NCBI RefSeq assembly: GCF_026914285.1
Contig: NZ_CP113864.1
Span: forward strand, 148,582 to 212,581
DNA: 64,000 nucleotides
From: Caldicellulosiruptor naganoensis
GTDB lineage: Bacteria; Bacillota; Thermoanaerobacteria; Caldicellulosiruptorales; Caldicellulosiruptoraceae
Direction of reading: 5' to 3'
Made by a program: the position numbers and the translations under genes. Below, piece after piece: positions 20,041 through 30,912 of the stretch. The notes beneath the pieces were generated by a model. That model did not search any database. It was not told where the DNA came from and saw only the letters and a program-made list of their open reading frames with translations. The stretch's first letter is position 1, and every line of letters begins with the position of its first letter.

Positions 20041-20712
20041 CGTGAGCCCCCTTTGGTGATTATTTCAACACTAATTATACAGTGGACACAATTTTATTTT
20101 AACTCCCTGATATGTTTTTTGGCATTTTTATTACAGAGGACATTGGAATATATTTTGAGGAAAAAAGGTAAAGGAATAAGTAGTGAAGGGAATAATGGAA
20201 GCAATAAATTCAAATGAATTTTATTGAAATAGAGATAAAAGGGAAGAAATATTTGATAAAGCAAAGGACAGAAGGAGGAGCTGGAGATATACTGAATGTG
20301 ATGAAGATAAGGGGGCCAAAAAATTTCATCACATATGAGAAAGGCTTAGAATTTATTGGTATTAGCAAATGATGTAGTGACAAAATTGAGGTCCATATTT
20401 TGTTAATCCCAGTCCCCCCAAGCTTTTTGAGTTTCAAACTGACAAAGTCAAGAAATAGTTTATCTTTGAATTCACTCTTTTTAACTAAAAGAAAAAAGGG
20501 CTCAAAAAGAGGATATTTTGTACTGAATTCATACGCAAGCTTACCAGTATCAAATGAATATGTCTTTTTACACCTCAATTAATATTTCTATTTTTGACTT
20601 TTTGACGTAACAAGTTTGTTTTGCATACATTATTTTTATTATTGTCCCAAACTCTTTTGGCAACTAGAAAATGCCTGTAGTTCAAAAAATATTAATGATT
20701 AAAAATTCTATA

Positions 20713-22065
20713 TCAATATGGTACAACCAAAATTTCCTCATTATTCAAAGGATTATTAAAATATAAAATATTTGAACAAGGTTCGGTTTGTAATAGTAAT
20801 CTTTTATCATAAAGAGAAAAAAACTTAAAAATGGTGTTATTAGATTTCAAATATTCCATTGTTACAAGGTAGCCATCACTTTCACAAATATCTATACATC
20901 TTTCTTTTTTGTTAAACTTAAATGTGTTGTAATTCTTAGTAACTATTTTTTCTCCTAAATAGAGAGCTTCTATAATACTTATTTCTTGATTTTCAAGTAT
21001 TTCTCTTGCAATGTAAAGAACATCTTTTTTATCAATCTTCTTTACTTTAATAATTTTGTAATTAGCATAAATAGAATTTTCTAATATTTTTTCTCTGATT
21101 GTACAAATAAGATGTGAAGAATTATTCTTATCAAGAAGATTAATTTTGTAAAATTCAGATTTATTTTCATTAACATATGTTTTAAGATAATAATAGTTAT
21201 CATTCTCAATGAAATAAAAGGGTAAGACAGCATCGAATTGAGTACAGGTAAAAGTGTATTTTTCGAAGTCTACTGTATCTTTTAAAATATCAACTTTTAA
21301 TTGTTCAATAGGATATATTATGTGTTTTTGAGAAAAATGATCGGTTGAAACAATATCACTTCTTTCTTTATTATTGACAAGGAGATCATGTTTTTCGGAA
21401 TTTCCAAGGTTGCTAATTTCGAAAAATAAGTATTTCGAATCAAACAAATGTACTTGGACCACGTCGATATTTTTTATTTTTTTTGATAATCGAGAAGACA
21501 ATAGATAATATTTTTTTGCTATAATGTCAATAAAAATAAACAATGGGTCAAACCTTTCTAATTGGCCTTTTTTGTCAAGATATGGAAATAATTTTACGAA
21601 GATATATCTTTTATCTAATAATTTTGCATGTATTGAATATTTAGTTTTACAAAAAAGCCTGTTATCAAAGTCTTCCAATTCTAAAAGGAGAGGAATGTCT
21701 ATTATATCCTCTTCTTCTAACTCAGAGTTCAGTTTTTTTATATGGAGTTTGAGACAAGAAGTAAAAGAGCTATGAATTGTAAATATATCTTCGCACATAT
21801 CATTATATAAAATTTTAACATCATTGGAAACTTTAAAATATTTAGATTTATATTTTTTAGTATCAATATAAAATACTCCCGTCTGATATAATTTAAATGG
21901 ATGTTTATAAGTCCAACAAAAAATTTTATTATTTTTGTAAAGACAAAAGTTTGAAAATTCTCTAGTATTATAATTTGATAAATATTCTTTTAAACTATCA
22001 AATAAGCAAATTTTCTTCAATTGGTTAACCTCCTTATAATATTCAGTATATTGGCATAGAGGCAC
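20713..22065 (-). CDS. Hypothetical protein (450 aa, no recognisable motif) in very AT-rich DNA
   Basis: An uninterrupted 1353-nt ORF in roughly 25% GC sequence, which is unlikely by chance. An RBS-like ggaggttaacc lies upstream. Confidence 0.5.
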   Translation of the reverse strand: MPLCQYTEYYKEVNQLKKICLFDSLKEYLSNYNTREFSNFCLYKNNKIFCWTYKHPFKLYQTGVFYIDTKKYKSKYFKVSNDVKILYNDMCEDIFTIHSSFTSCLKLHIKKLNSELEEEDIIDIPLLLELEDFDNRLFCKTKYSIHAKLLDKRYIFVKLFPYLDKKGQLERFDPLFIFIDIIAKKYYLLSSRLSKKIKNIDVVQVHLFDSKYLFFEISNLGNSEKHDLLVNNKERSDIVSTDHFSQKHIIYPIEQLKVDILKDTVDFEKYTFTCTQFDAVLPFYFIENDNYYYLKTYVNENKSEFYKINLLDKNNSSHLICTIREKILENSIYANYKIIKVKKIDKKDVLYIAREILENQEISIIEALYLGEKIVTKNYNTFKFNKKERCIDICESDGYLVTMEYLKSNNTIFKFFSLYDKRLLLQTEPCSNILYFNNPLNNEEILVVPY

Positions 22066-22129
22066 CTATTTTAAAAAAATAAAATTTTAAGTAGTGCTTA
22101 AAATATAAAAATAGGTGCCGCTATTCGGT

Positions 22130-22899
22130 TGGTTTTAATTAATCTATGGGTGGAATATATGAGCAGAACCAAGTATTTTTATCCACTGATTGCTAATTAC
22201 CGTATGAAAATGAGGATAATAATTGGGAGATTCTTTGTGAGCTGAATGATATTCTATCATACCATACACACGTGTGGCAGTTAGTGCTAATTTTTCTGCA
22301 AGTGCATAATTTTTGCAAAAGACATTGTAATTAAATTTAGCCTTATTATCATCTCTTTCAAAATCAGCTGCTTGAACTCTTTCTTATGCTGTAAAAAAAT
22401 CTATAGCTCTACCAATATACACGTTTCCATTGTATATATATGCTTCATAATAGTCATAACTGCTGTTTTTAATCTTTTCGATTATATCTGTAACAATTAC
22501 ACATGTTACTCCACCAATTACTATTGCATGTAAGATTGCTAAAAGAGCAGAAATTAATGCCTCACTTAATCCCAATGCAATAGGCAAAGCTATAGCAAAC
22601 TGTGCCGAGACAGTATCAGAATCACCAATATTATACTCTTCCTTTATTTTTTTATCAATCAATTTTGCTTTTAAATTCTCACCATCAAAGTATTCTACTT
22701 TTACAGAAAAGTTTTTTCTTCTGGGATTGATGTGTCTAAACTTTTATCAAACTTTTTATTTTTGATTGGCTTAACTTTTAATTTTATCTCATTTGTATCT
22801 TTGTCAAGCGTAGCAATATACTTGTATCCTTCATACTCAGCTTCTGCTGCTTTAATTTTTTTGTCAACATCATAGACCTTTATTTTGTCTTTCCAAACA
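22130..22899 (-). pseudogene. Decayed gene of unknown function (frameshift in a T6/A6 run at 22712-22717 plus a premature TAA)
   Basis: Protein-like translation continues across frames: ...IPEEKTFL* // KNFSVKVEYFDGENLKAKLIDKKIKEEYNIG...DFFTA* // ERVQAADFERDD... Confidence 0.35.
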
Positions 22900-23922
22900 T
22901 CATATCTTGGCTTTGCAAAGCTGACAGAATTGATAAGAAAATTTGAATCTCACAAGACCAAAGCCAAATATATTATCTTTACCTTTTTCACCGAGGTCTT
23001 CAGAAAGTTTTAGGAGTAGATTATAGATTTTATCTTTGTTTATGCTGTGTTTAGGTGGCAAGCCCCACTTTTCTGGTTTGCTTAAGATAAGAGCGATAAT
23101 TGCTGTCAGGTGTGCAGCAGCAACAGAGTTTCCGCTTGAGAGTTTGTAGCTATTGTTTGGAGCTGTGGACAAAATATTTTCACCATAAGAGCAAAAATCA
23201 ATTTTGCCTTGAGAAGAAAACTGCGATATTTGGTTTTTGTAGTTGACAGAAGCAACAGAAATAACCTCATTGTATGATGCAGGAAAGCCTGCTTTTGAAC
23301 CAAATGAATTTCTTGCCGAGGCAACAATGATTATTCCATGTTTTGTTGCTTTTAAAACAGCTTTTCAGAGTTTTGGATTATCAGATGAGGTGGAAAAACT
23401 CATGTTTACAATGTTAATCTTGTTTTTTATACAAAAATCAAGAGCACGTACAACGAGGTCAACTTTTCCTTCAAGTTTTTTATTTAAGATTTTTAAGATG
23501 TAGATTTCAGCTTCAGGTGCAATGCCAACAATACCAAAGTTATTATTTTGAGCTGCGATTATACCAGCGATAAAAGTTCCGTGTCCTGTTTCATCCACGG
23601 CAGGTTTGTTTGGTTCTATAAAGTTAATAGTTTTGATGATATTTGCACCTTTTAAATCAGGATGATTCAGGTCAATACCAGAATCCAGAATAGCAATTTT
23701 TACATTTTTGCCTCTTGTAAGTTTCCATATTTTTGTGATACCAAGTTTTTTGTAGCTCCATGGAATAATTTGCTTTTTAAGGGCTTGTTGAGGGTTTTGG
23801 GTAGAAGGATTATTACTCATGTAGAGATTAGCAGCAAGTATTGATGATAATATTGCAAAGATAGCACCTGACAGTAAAAAAAGCTTCTTGTGTTTGTGCA
23901 ACAAGTTAAAACCTCCTAACAA
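22900..23922 (-). pseudogene. Subtilisin-like S8 serine peptidase with signal peptide, interrupted by an in-frame TGA (about 23363-23365)
   Basis: The D motif is ILDSGID, the H motif is HGTFIAG, and the region ...GIIIVASARN...GNSVAAAHLTAIIALILSK (N/S motifs) lies after the stop in the same frame. Confidence 0.7.
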
Positions 23923-24319
23923 AATAAATAGGATTAAAGTATTTAAGAGGTGTTAAGCATAATGATAGTTATCAACTCCTTTCAATGGATAAAATAGCTA
24001 TAAATACTTATATCAAAAAAAACGTAATAGGTAAATTGCATAAATTTTATTTTCTTCATGTAGAGAGTTTAAATAAATGGAATTGTTGAAAAAACTAAGA
24101 ATAACTTTAGTATAGCTTTTTAACCAAAACTCAAACTGTCTACAATATTTATCATGAGATTGTAAACTAATTTTATTTCAACTTTCTGCAAAAGTCAGAT
24201 TAAAAATAAATCTAATTTTTCCCATAGTGCAAAGATATTTACTACAGCTAAAAAATGTGCGAAAATAATAGACAGAAATTTAAATAAGATTAAAAGTCTA
24301 CAGGGGGAGGCCTTCTATT

Positions 24320-24913
24320 TTGAATACAAAAGAATATTTTAACAGTTTAGCAGATAAATGGGATGTACTTATAAAGCATGATATTGACAAGATAGAGTTT
24401 TTATTAGGTCTTCTAAAAATTAAAAAAGGTTCATATATTTTAGATGTGGGTTGTGGTACAGGTGTTTTGACAGAGCATTTGTTAAAAAGGGTTGGAAGTG
24501 AAGGTAAAGTTTTTGGTGTGGATTTTTCAGAAAAGATGATAGACATAGCTAAGAGTAAATTTAAGGATTTTCCAAATGTTGAGTTTATAGTTGAAGATGT
24601 CAATTTATTGACTTTCAAAAACTATTTTGATTACATAATCTGTTATTCGGTATTTCCACATTTTGAAGATAAGAAAAAGGTTTTAAAACAGCTACATAAA
24701 ATGCTCAAAAATGGTGGAATTCTTTTAATTGCTCATTCACAGTCAAGAAAGGCTATTAATCAACTTCACAAAAGTTTGCCTGCTCCCGTGAATAATCATT
24801 TTCTTCCTAATACTTATTTCATCAAAATGATTGCTAAGAAGTATTTTTTTAATATAAAGACTATTGATAATGGTGAAATTTTTGCGATTGTCTTGAAAAA
24901 GAAAAATCTTTAA
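24320..24913 (+). CDS. Class I SAM-dependent methyltransferase
   Basis: Motif I is ILDVGCGTGVLT. It is 197 aa with a TTG start after the RBS agggggagg. Confidence 0.8.
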   Translation: MNTKEYFNSLADKWDVLIKHDIDKIEFLLGLLKIKKGSYILDVGCGTGVLTEHLLKRVGSEGKVFGVDFSEKMIDIAKSKFKDFPNVEFIVEDVNLLTFKNYFDYIICYSVFPHFEDKKKVLKQLHKMLKNGGILLIAHSQSRKAINQLHKSLPAPVNNHFLPNTYFIKMIAKKYFFNIKTIDNGEIFAIVLKKKNL

Positions 24914-24954
24914 ATTGATGAAAGTGAATCTTTTAACTTGATAAGAAAAACGGC

Positions 24955-25140
24955 AGTAAATTTTTTATTGATTTTGAGTATTTTACTTCTGATTACCTCT
25001 CAAGTAGTTCTTCCAACAATTTTTTTAAAGCTGAACAAGAAAAATCTTGCTAATGACAATGTTGGTCTAATACTTTTTCTATGGCTATATTTTTAACAGT
25101 TTCACAGGTATTTTTATCCTTTGAGCCAACCTCCCTTATA
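24955..25140 (-). pseudogene. Second, short IS256-family transposase N-terminal remnant
   Basis: Minus-strand ETVKNIAIEKVLDQHCH...SALKKLLEELLER parallels ETAKNMAIEQVLNMYCF...PALKQLLENLLD of the element at 18800-20040. Confidence 0.4.
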
Positions 25141-25189
25141 ACACTATAATATATCAGGTATATGTCATGCACAATTTTATTTTAACCCC

Positions 25190-25585
25190 TTGCGTTTTTG
25201 GGATAATATAGTATTAAAAGCAGCAAATGTTAATACAAAGGAATACAGTGCAAAAGAACATGTGAGCCATCTATTATCAGATAGGATGAGTTCAAACCCA
25301 AGAGGATGGAGCAAACAAGGAGCAGAAGTGATGGTAAAGATATTGAGTTTTAAGTATAATGGTGTAAACTTGAAAGAAGCATATTTAAAAGAAATTTGTA
25401 GCAATGAAGAGAATGAAGAAAAAATATTAAAAGAAATTGTAAGAAAAAATGTTAAGAAGATAAAGAAACAGATTGAGGAGACGAGGAATAATGTACCAAT
25501 TTTAGCAAGAGGAAAAGTTGATTTGACGTTTAGAGTACTGAAAGGGCTAAGTACTGGAGATTTCTTAAATGCAGTCGTGTTTTAA
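25190..25585 (+). pseudogene. C-terminal fragment of an ISLre2/UPF0236-family transposase
   Basis: ...SHLLSDRMSSNPRGWSKQGAEVMVKILSFKYNG... has no N-terminal catalytic portion. Confidence 0.45.
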
Positions 25586-25716
25586 TAAAAAATTTCCCTA
25601 CAAACTCTTGACACTATCAAAGAAGAGTGTGAACTTGAGAATGTTTTTGGTTTGGAGTAAGATATAATGTAGCAAAATAAAGAAAAATTCTTGCAGTAAG
25701 AGAGGATTTATATAAG

Positions 25717-27940
25717 ATGCTTCAACACATAAAAGGTATGGTAAGCGATATTATATATAGAAACTTAGAAAGCAACTACACAGTGTTTGAGATACTCTGC
25801 GATGATGAGGTTTTCACAGCAGTTGGAGTTGTACCAGACATTGTAATTGGTGAAAAGGTAAAGGTGTACGGAGAGTTTTATGTCCACCCGATCTATGGTC
25901 AGCAGCTTAAAGTGTCGTACCTTGAAAAGCTTTTGCCAGAGACGAAGGATGAAATTTACCTCTACCTTTCTTCAGGTGTCATCAAAGGCATTGGGCAGAA
26001 GACTGCAAAGAGGATTGTTGATACATTTGGCGATGATACAATGAGAATTTTGCAGGAAGAGCCGGAAAAACTTTTATCAATCCGGGGCATGATCCCTGAA
26101 AAAGTTGAGAGGATAAAGAATATGTTTTCATTCCAGAAGTTTTTGAAAGACATCATGACAATATTTTCCCAGTATGGACTTTCACAAAACCATGCAATGA
26201 AACTTTTTAAATTGTATGGTTTTTCAGCTTTGGGGCTACTTTATGACAACCCCTATTTTTGCTTGATGTATTTCCAGAGCTTGACTTTAAAAAGGTTGAC
26301 AGGCTTGCATTTGACTTGGGAGTTTCACCTGACGATATGAGAAGGATTTCAGCAAAGATTGTAAATCTTTTAAACATAGGTAGCAACAATGAAGGACATA
26401 CATGCCTGCCAAAAGAAAAACTTATTTTGCATGTTTCAAAGGCGCTTGAACAAGATACAGAAAAGGTAGAAGAAGCACTTGACAGTCTTGTAAAAGCAAA
26501 GAGAGTTGTTATTGATACTATTGACGGCCTTGAGATGGTTTTTTATATGGATTTTTTGAGTGCGAAAGGTATATCGCAGAAAAAATTGTCTCAATGGTGA
26601 AAGAATACGATGACATTTTAGACATAGATGAAAGGATTTTTGAGTTTGAAAAGAAAAACAATATAGTTTTTTCTCAGAATCAAAAAAAAGCTATCAAGAT
26701 GGCCCTAACTCAAGGTGTAAGTCTGATTACAGGAGGGCCCGGTACAGGCAAGACTACGATTATAAAATGTATAATAGAGATATTTGAACAGGAAGGCAAG
26801 AAGGTTTTTCTTTGCGCACCAACTGGAAGGGCAGCAAAGAGGATGCAAGCAGCCTGCCAGAAAGAGGCAAAGACTATTCACAGACTTTTGGAAATGACTG
26901 TAACAGACTCTCAAGTATTTTTTCAAAAAGGGCCCAATAATCCTTTGAGATGTGATGTCATTATAGTTGATGAGATGAGCATGGTAGACAGCTACATCAT
27001 GTACTATCTTCTTTCTGCAACAAAAGATACAACAGGACTTGTTTTAGTTGGCGATAAAGACCAGCTTCCTTCTGTTGGTGCAGGAAATATCTTAAAAGAC
27101 CTGATAAGAAGCGATGTTGTTCCATATGTAAAGCTTACTGAAGTATACAGGCAAAGTGAAGATAGCTTTATAGTTCTAAATGCACACAGGATAAACAATG
27201 GAGAGTTTCCGCACCTTCAGAAAAACAGCGATTTTTATTTTATTCAGAAAAATTCTCAGGAGGAAATACTAAAAACAATTGTTGAACTTGTAACAAAAAA
27301 GCTACCAAACTACTTATCAGCCGACCCACTGACAGATATTCAAGTTTTATGCCCGTCTAAAAAGGGAATTGTTGGAATGTACAATATAAACAAAGTGCTT
27401 CAGCAATATTTAAATCCCAAAGATGGGTCCAAAAAAGAGGTTGTGTACAAAGAGAACACCTTCAGAGTTGGCGACAAGGTTATGCAGATTAAAAACAACT
27501 ACTCGCTTGAGTTTACAATTATTGAAGGTGAGGAGAAAGGTAAGGTCTCAACAGGGATATTCAACGGCGATATTGGGGTTATTAAGGACATTGACAGGGC
27601 AGGCGGTGCAATGGAGATTGTATTTGACGATGACAAGCTTGTATTTTACGACTTTTCGCTCTTGGATGACTTGGAACTTTCTTATGCAATGACAGTTCAC
27701 AAATCCCAAGGGTCTGAGTTTAGGTGCATTGTAATGCCAGTTGTTGAGACCTACCCGATTTTAATGACAAGAAACCTTCTGTACACAGCAGTTACGCGCG
27801 CAAAAGAGCTTGTTGTGCTGGTGGGTAAAAAAAGTGCCTTGGAGTACATGATAGCAAACCAAAAAGAGGCTATGCGATATTCAGCACTTTACGACTTTTT
27901 AAAAAGGAAGCTAAAAGATACGCAATTGCAAGCTTTATGA
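25717..27940 (+). CDS. recD2: RecD2-like ATP-dependent DNA helicase, split into 3 ORFs by two single-base frameshifts at homopolymers (T5 at 26256-26260; A6 at 26580-26585)
   Basis: An N-terminal HhH region is followed by GGPGTGKTT (Walker A), IIVDEMSMVD (Walker B) and C-terminal helicase motifs. The total length of about 741 aa matches RecD2. Adding 1 nt to each run restores the frame. Confidence 0.8.
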
Positions 27941-28425
27941 TATCAGGTATTACAAATGGTGCAACACCTACCAAAAAAGCCTTTTTTAAAGTAAGATGAG
28001 CAGCAGCTGCTAAAAACAAAAATCCCAATGTATAAATTAAGCACAGACCGACAATGAGAGCAAAAGCTGCGTTTATAATATCATTTTTTATTGGCTTTTT
28101 TGTATTTATATAGCTTGTTACAAATGCAGCAATTGGAAAAGCTATTAAATACCCACCTGTTGGTCCAACAAACTTAGAGAGCCCACCAGAAAATCCTGCA
28201 AAAACAGGGACCCCAACAGCACCTAAAAGGTCATAGACAAGAAGGCTTAAAAAAGCATACTTTGGTGGCAAAATTAAGCTTGCCAAGAAAATTGCAAAAA
28301 CTTGCATAGTAAACGGCACAGGACCGATTTGGAATAGAGATTTGGCTACATGCAGCAACTACTGCTGCAAAAAGGGCAGAGAGAACGAGCATTTTTGTTG
28401 TATATGTGCTCTTTGTATATTTCAT
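27870..28425 (-). CDS. bioY: BioY biotin transporter (ECF S-component) with an apparent 1-nt insertion near 28328-28330
   Basis: The N-terminal part MKYTKSTYTTKMLVLSALFAAVVAACSQISIP and the downstream part GPVPFTMQVFAIFLA... lie in adjacent frames. Confidence 0.65.
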
Positions 28426-28726
28426 ATTTTTTGCCCCCTTAAAGTAAACTTTCTATTTAAAAATGGTTTACTAAAAATATAGCAAGGAAGTAGACAATTG
28501 TCAAGAAGGATGATGGGTGGTTTTGAAAAATCAAAAGAATTTAAATAAATGAGATGAAAAGAAAAAGATTTCGGTACTGCTTTTTTAAATTAATGTAGGT
28601 ATTGACAACTTTGTATGGTTGTATTATTATAGATATAAAAAGGCACATTTTTAATTTTCTTTGGTTCCAAACTCTGGTTTTAAAGAAACATAAAAAGTTT
28701 AGTAAAAATTTGGAGGGAAATAAATT

Positions 28727-30184
28727 ATGAAAAGACTTTTGTCAGTTATACTTATTATACTTTTAAGCTTGAGTGTTTTGCCTACAGCTGGTGCAAAGAA
28801 TGAAGTTAGTGTTACTTATGTGATAAAACCGTCGTTTGATTTTGGTGATGTAAGAGATTTTCACGAAGGGTTTGCTGCAGTGGAAAAAGGAGGTAAGTGG
28901 GGTTTTGTAGATAAGAGAGGTAAAGTTATTGTGCCTTTTATATATGATGAAGTATGGGATTTTCATGAAGGGCTTGCAAAGGTAAAGAAAGAAAACAAGT
29001 GGGGTTTTATAGACAAGACAGGAAAAGTAGTTGTGCCTTTGACATTTGATGATGTATTTAGTTTTTTTGAAGGACTTGCGAGAGTGAAAAAAGGAAACAA
29101 GTGGGGGATTATAGACAAGACAGGCAACGAAATTGTTCCTTTGATATATGACGATGTATCGGATTTTTATGAAGGACTTGTAGCAGTAAAAAAAAGTGGT
29201 AAGTGTGGAGTTATAGACAAGGCAGGTAAAGAGGTTGTACCTATAGTATATGATGAGATTAGATTTTTTTCAGAAGATCTTTTAGCAGTAAATAAAGGAG
29301 GCAAGTGGGGATTTGTAGACAAAACAGGCAAAGTGATTGTACCTATAGTATATGATGAGATAGACTATTTTCTTGAAGGGATTGCAAAGGTAAAGAAAAA
29401 AGGTAAGTGGGGATTTATAGACAAAACAGGCAAAGTTGTGGTGCCTATAATATATGACGAGATAGAATATAATTTTCTTGAGGGGATTGCAAAGGTTAAG
29501 AAAGGAGGCAAGTGGGGTTTAGTAGACAAAACTGGTAAAGAAGTTGTGCCTTTAATATACGATGAGATTGGTTTTATTTCCGAAGGGCTTGCGGCAGTAG
29601 CTAAAGAAGGAAAGTGGGGGTTTGTTGACAAGACGGGCAAAGTAGTTGTACCTTTAACATATGATTTGGTAGGGTCTTTTTGCGAAGGGCTTGCAGATGT
29701 GAAGAAGGGAAGAAAATGGGGGTTTGTAGACAAGACCGGCAAAATAGTTGTGCCCATAATATATGAGGCTGTAGCAGGATTTTCCAATAAATTGGCAGTA
29801 GTAAAAAAAGATGGCAGATATGGTGTTGTAGACAAGACAGGTAAGGTTGTTGTACCTTTTTTATATGATTGGATAGGGGATTTTTATGAAGGACTTGCAC
29901 TGGCAAATAAAGATGGAAAGAAAGGCTATATAAATAAAGAGGGAAAAGTAGTTGTACCTCTCATATATGATTGGTTAGCAAGTTGCTTTAAGGATGGGTT
30001 GGCAATAGCAAATAGAGGAGGCAAGTGGGGTTTTGTAGACAAAACTGGTAAAGAAGTTGTGCCTTTAATATATGAAAGCGTAAGAGAATTTTCAGAAGGT
30101 CTTGCGTGGGTTAAAAAGAACGGCAAGTGGGGGATTATTGCAAATCCTCTTAAGACCAAAAACCTGCCGGTAAAAAGCAAATAA
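28727..30184 (+). CDS. Secreted WG-repeat (KWG) protein composed of about 12 tandem ~40-aa repeats
   Basis: A signal peptide is followed by repeated GKWGFVDKTGKVVVPxIYDEVxDFxEGLAxVKK units. Confidence 0.8.
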   Translation: MKRLLSVILIILLSLSVLPTAGAKNEVSVTYVIKPSFDFGDVRDFHEGFAAVEKGGKWGFVDKRGKVIVPFIYDEVWDFHEGLAKVKKENKWGFIDKTGKVVVPLTFDDVFSFFEGLARVKKGNKWGIIDKTGNEIVPLIYDDVSDFYEGLVAVKKSGKCGVIDKAGKEVVPIVYDEIRFFSEDLLAVNKGGKWGFVDKTGKVIVPIVYDEIDYFLEGIAKVKKKGKWGFIDKTGKVVVPIIYDEIEYNFLEGIAKVKKGGKWGLVDKTGKEVVPLIYDEIGFISEGLAAVAKEGKWGFVDKTGKVVVPLTYDLVGSFCEGLADVKKGRKWGFVDKTGKIVVPIIYEAVAGFSNKLAVVKKDGRYGVVDKTGKVVVPFLYDWIGDFYEGLALANKDGKKGYINKEGKVVVPLIYDWLASCFKDGLAIANRGGKWGFVDKTGKEVVPLIYESVREFSEGLAWVKKNGKWGIIANPLKTKNLPVKSK

Positions 30185-30203
30185 TTCGTATCAGAACAAC
30201 AAA

Positions 30204-30250
30204 AGGGGGTTTTAGCAAATTATGCTAAAATCCCCTCAATTTATTTTTGC
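30204..30250 (+). terminator. Rho-independent terminator after the WG-repeat gene
   Basis: ggggttttagca-AATT-atgctaaaatcccc followed by a T-rich run. Confidence 0.55.
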
Positions 30251-30912
30251 TACTATTTACATCCTGCAGACTTTAAAAAAATATGCTTTTGTGGTACCTA
30301 TTAAAGCATTGGGGAAACTTAAAATGTAATCAAATGCTGGATTGAAACAGCAGGAGAAAAAGGAATGCAAATTCCACCGCCAGATGAATATAAAGAAGAA
30401 AAGTAGAGTGAAAACTTGTTTTGCGCACTCCAAAGTTGCTCAATAAGCGCCTGTCAGAGGAAGCCAAAAATGAAGGAGTTAGCTTAAATTCTTTTATTCA
30501 ACATATAGTTTCAAATGCTTTAGGATTTAGTGACAATAAATCACATGGAATGGCTATTGATCTTGATGTTCTATATAAAGGGAAAATCAGATAAATGAGA
30601 AAAAGCAGGGTGCAAGGTTCCATGCTTTTTTTTCGTAACACAATTCTCCTATCCCCGTTTATAATTATAAAAATCTTTCCATCCAGCATAAAGCCGTTGT
30701 GTAAATTTTCTCATTGTGATAATATGTTATACAACAATGAAAATCAATTCTCAGAATCTCAATTTTAGGTCGAATTTTGTCGAAAGCTGTTGGAAAAAAG
30801 TTGTTTTTAAACTGCATGTGATTTGCATTTTTGAGGCTTTAGCAAGGCTAAGCTGTAGAATTTTTTAGCTTATTCTGACTTTGAAAAAAAGGTAAAAAAT
30901 TAAAGAAATGAG

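Noticed and set aside
20210-20578. A 122-aa minus-strand ORF downstream of the 450-aa orphan gene
   Set aside because: The translation is low-complexity and it overlaps a more protein-like 52-aa plus-strand ORF (20215-20373). Neither can be supported from sequence alone.
27870-28425. Treating the bioY frameshift as a homopolymer error like the others
   Set aside because: The run involved is only 3 nt (ttt), so the error-versus-real argument is weaker than for recD2 and flotillin. It is kept as a CDS with a flagged frameshift.
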